In this document: positions 61,301 through 64,000 of the stretch, in pieces
Layout: every line of letters starts with the position of its first letter
Numbering within the stretch: position 1 is the first letter of the stretch
NCBI GenBank assembly: GCA_965204375.1
Contig: OZ241986.1
Location: forward strand, 3,744,001-3,808,000
Reading direction: 5' to 3'
DNA from: Candidatus Latescibacterota bacterium
GTDB lineage: Bacteria > Latescibacterota > UBA2968
Length of the DNA: 64,000 bases
Translations under genes and position numbers: made by a program
Notes under the pieces: model-generated
The model's database searches: none
Seen by the model: only the letters and a program-made list of their open reading frames with translations
What the model was told of the DNA's origin: nothing

Positions 61301-62626
61301 CTACAACCCAAGCGATTCAAACACCTGTGTAGCCAACCTCAGCGCCTCATCGCGTCGCGTCACACGCCCTTCTAACTGTGCATCTTCAACAGCCCGCAAC
61401 ACCCTCTTAAACGCGGGACCGGGATTTTTTCCCATCGCAATCAAATCGCGTCCATTAATCAACGGAACAGGTCTGATTTGTTCTGGCTCCAGATTCTCCA
61501 GCGCAGCCTTACAAAACGCATAATTGTCCAACGCACCATGGCTCGACAAACAATCAATCCGGTGCAATTCCAGGTGATCTTCAAACCGATCCGTACGCAA
61601 AAAGCGCTTCAACGTACTCGAGCGCATCTCCTGTACATGCATAAATTTGTGATGATCTGCCACCAACGCCGCAATATGCTTTATCTGTTCCGACGAAAAA
61701 CGCAGCCTTCTGCAAATCTCCTCGGCCATCTCGCGCCCAACTTTTGTATGATTGTGAAACCGAATGCGATCCCGCACCTCATAAGTAGGGGGTTTGCCCA
61801 CGTCGTGCAGCAAAATACCCATCGCCAACTCTACTGAAGGATTGCACATCAAACCCAACATAATCAGCGTATGGATCAACACATCGCCCTCGGGATGAAA
61901 CTGAGGCGGTTGGAGCACGCCATCCATAGCCACAACCTCGGGCATAAAAACCGCCATCAACCCCAGATCGATCAGCCAGCGCACCCCCAAAGGCGCGCCC
62001 CCCTCGGTCAAAATTTTGACAACTTCATCGCGAATGCGTTCGTGACTTATAAACGCGATACTCGCACTCAGTTCTCCAATAGCCTCTCGCGTCTTCTCCT
62101 CAAGGGGCCAGTGATACCGACACGCAAAGCGAATCGCACGCAACATACGCAATCGATCTTCACGAAACCGGGCATGCGGATCGCCAATCGTGCGGATCAC
62201 CTTTTTTTTCAGATCAGCCTGTCCCCCCACATAGTCGAACACAGCATCGACCACTGGATCGTAAAACATCCCATTAATGGTAAAATCGCGCCTCCTCGCG
62301 TCCTCTTCTTCATTCACGAACACCACACCATCGGGATGCCGACCATCGGAATACCCCAGATCGCGGCGAAAACGCGCCACCTCATAATGATAATCACCCA
62401 GCCGTACAATCACCACCCCAAAATGCGCCCCAACCACCTGTGCATGAGGAAAAATGCCGATCACCTGTTGGAGATCGGCATTTGTGGCAATATCGTAATC
62501 GCGGGGCACCTGCCCCATCAACATGTCTCGCACGCATCCACCGGCCCACAAAGCGCGAAAACCCCGCGCCTGCAAACGACGCACAATTTCCAGCGCGCCC
62601 GTGCGTGCATCCTGGTCATTCGTCAC
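61301..62626 (-). CDS. cca: CCA tRNA nucleotidyltransferase / poly(A) polymerase family with HD domain
   Basis: GGCVRD, DYDIAT, RRDFTIN, EDRLRMLRA.RF and HPEGDV..H...LHDVGKP motifs. Confidence 0.88.
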   Translation of the reverse strand: MTNDQDARTGALEIVRRLQARGFRALWAGGCVRDMLMGQVPRDYDIATNADLQQVIGIFPHAQVVGAHFGVVIVRLGDYHYEVARFRRDLGYSDGRHPDGVVFVNEEEDARRRDFTINGMFYDPVVDAVFDYVGGQADLKKKVIRTIGDPHARFREDRLRMLRAIRFACRYHWPLEEKTREAIGELSASIAFISHERIRDEVVKILTEGGAPLGVRWLIDLGLMAVFMPEVVAMDGVLQPPQFHPEGDVLIHTLIMLGLMCNPSVELAMGILLHDVGKPPTYEVRDRIRFHNHTKVGREMAEEICRRLRFSSEQIKHIAALVADHHKFMHVQEMRSSTLKRFLRTDRFEDHLELHRIDCLSSHGALDNYAFCKAALENLEPEQIRPVPLINGRDLIAMGKNPGPAFKRVLRAVEDAQLEGRVTRRDEALRLATQVFESLGL

Positions 62627-62646
62627 ATCAAATCACCTCTTTACCA

Positions 62647-63936
62647 TTACTCCTCTACCGTCACCCGCTGAATACGCGCACCCAAACTGCGCAAGCGCGT
62701 ATCGATTTGTTCGTACCCGCGATCGATCTGTTCGATATTTCTAATCACGCTTTGACCCTCGGCACATAAAGCCGCAATAATCAGCGCCATACCCGCCCGG
62801 ATATCTGGACTCGACAAATGTTCGCCATAAAGCTTTGACGGTCCCACCACCACCGCGCGATGTGGGTCACAAATCACAATCTTCGCGCCCATATCGATGA
62901 GACGGTCCAACCAGTACATGCGCTGTTCAAACATCTTTTCAAAAAACAGCACCGTACCCCGCGCCTGCGTCGCCAACACAATGGCAATACTCATCAAATC
63001 GGGAGGAAACCCCGGCCAAGGATCATTGTCAATGCGCGGAATCGCATCGCCCACATCCGGCATAATTTCCAGCTTTTGAAAGGACGGCACCACAATATCC
63101 TGTCCATCGACCTCAACTTCCAGCCCCAACCGCCGAAACACCATCAAACTCTTGCGCATATTTTTGGGCGCAGCATTGACAATGCGAATCTCGCTATTGG
63201 TCGCTCCCGCCAACCCAATAAAACTGCCGACCTCCATATAATCTGGACCAATTGTATGCGTCGTTCCACTGAGATTTGACACGCCTTCAATAACCAGTTC
63301 ATTGGTCCCAATACCCGAAATTTGGGCACCCATACTGTTCAGCATGAAACACAATTCCTGCACATGAGGCTCTGAAGCCACATTGCACAAAATAGTCGTC
63401 CCCCGCGCAAGAACCGCTGCCATCACGGCATTTTCAGTCCCAGTTACACTGCGCTCATCCAAAAAAATGTCCGCCCCCACAAGCCCTCTGGGCGCCTTAA
63501 AATCGTAAATGTGATTGGTATGAAACCGCACGCCGAGTTCTTCCAGCGCAATCAAGTGTGTATCGACCCGCCGCCGACCGATGCGATCACCCCCAGGTCG
63601 CGGAATCGTCGCCTTCCCAAATCGCCCCAACAACGGACCGGCAAACATAAAACTGCCGCGCACTTTTCGGCACAAATCGGCCCGCAAAACAGATTTTCGG
63701 ACATCCCGAGTACAAATCGTCAGATCGTGATCACCCGAGTAGCGAACCTCTGCCCCCAGATCGCGCAAAATTTCGACAATAACGGCAATATCGCCAATAC
63801 CAGGCACATTTTTGAGCACCACAGGTTCTTCTGTCAACAAAGTCGCCGCCAAAAGAGGTTGGGCTGCATTCTTATTGCCAGCAGGAACAACAGTTCCAGA
63901 CAAAGGATGCCCACCCTCGATAACAAATTGTTCCAT
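62647..63936 (-). CDS. murA: UDP-N-acetylglucosamine 1-carboxyvinyltransferase (Asp variant)
   Basis: [32 protein letters not shown] and RGYE motifs. Confidence 0.95.
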   Translation of the reverse strand: MEQFVIEGGHPLSGTVVPAGNKNAAQPLLAATLLTEEPVVLKNVPGIGDIAVIVEILRDLGAEVRYSGDHDLTICTRDVRKSVLRADLCRKVRGSFMFAGPLLGRFGKATIPRPGGDRIGRRRVDTHLIALEELGVRFHTNHIYDFKAPRGLVGADIFLDERSVTGTENAVMAAVLARGTTILCNVASEPHVQELCFMLNSMGAQISGIGTNELVIEGVSNLSGTTHTIGPDYMEVGSFIGLAGATNSEIRIVNAAPKNMRKSLMVFRRLGLEVEVDGQDIVVPSFQKLEIMPDVGDAIPRIDNDPWPGFPPDLMSIAIVLATQARGTVLFFEKMFEQRMYWLDRLIDMGAKIVICDPHRAVVVGPSKLYGEHLSSPDIRAGMALIIAALCAEGQSVIRNIEQIDRGYEQIDTRLRSLGARIQRVTVEE

Positions 63937-64000
63937 AAAAAACATCTCCAAACTGTGTTATGGAGAGAAAAACAGGTAGCTTCGTGGTTATGCTTATCAT

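Noticed and set aside
61871-62671. 266-aa plus-strand ORF
   Set aside because: Antisense shadow of cca.

Overview
This is a bacterial chromosomal window. Most of it holds catabolic and housekeeping genes: sulfatases, Gfo/Idh/MocA oxidoreductases, TIM-barrel epimerases, mmsA, proA, an M16 protease, larA, pckA, monomeric icd, a peptide/nickel ABC importer, cca and murA. That gene mix, with Rpn and Sel1 genes, is reminiscent of uncultured sponge-associated lineages such as Latescibacterota or Poribacteria (inference only). Two accessory regions interrupt the backbone. (1) 17.1-22.0 kb is a decaying island. It contains an IS256 remnant, a Sel1-repeat gene split by an intact 1384-bp IS with a 6-bp target duplication, a metalloprotease fragment and a PIN module. 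It is bracketed by a collapsed duplicate of the neighbouring ceramidase-like gene. (2) 35.5-45.8 kb is the strongest candidate for an undescribed system: a minus-strand cluster behind a sigma54-type promoter. In order it encodes a receiver-AraC regulator, HlyD, a peptidase-less ABC exporter, a 136-aa precursor-like protein with an N-terminal 'KP...VLAYSGE' leader, a TPR protein, a CPBP protease, a GNAT, an S8 subtilase fused to a DUF1611/TIGR04066-like P-loop domain, an acyl carrier protein, and a BtrH-like putative ACP-dependent acyltransferase interrupted by an in-frame TGA. It resembles the ACP-containing clostridial peptide-maturation loci but has no radical SAM enzyme and carries a protein-sized cargo. 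All family assignments come from motif recognition, not database searches.
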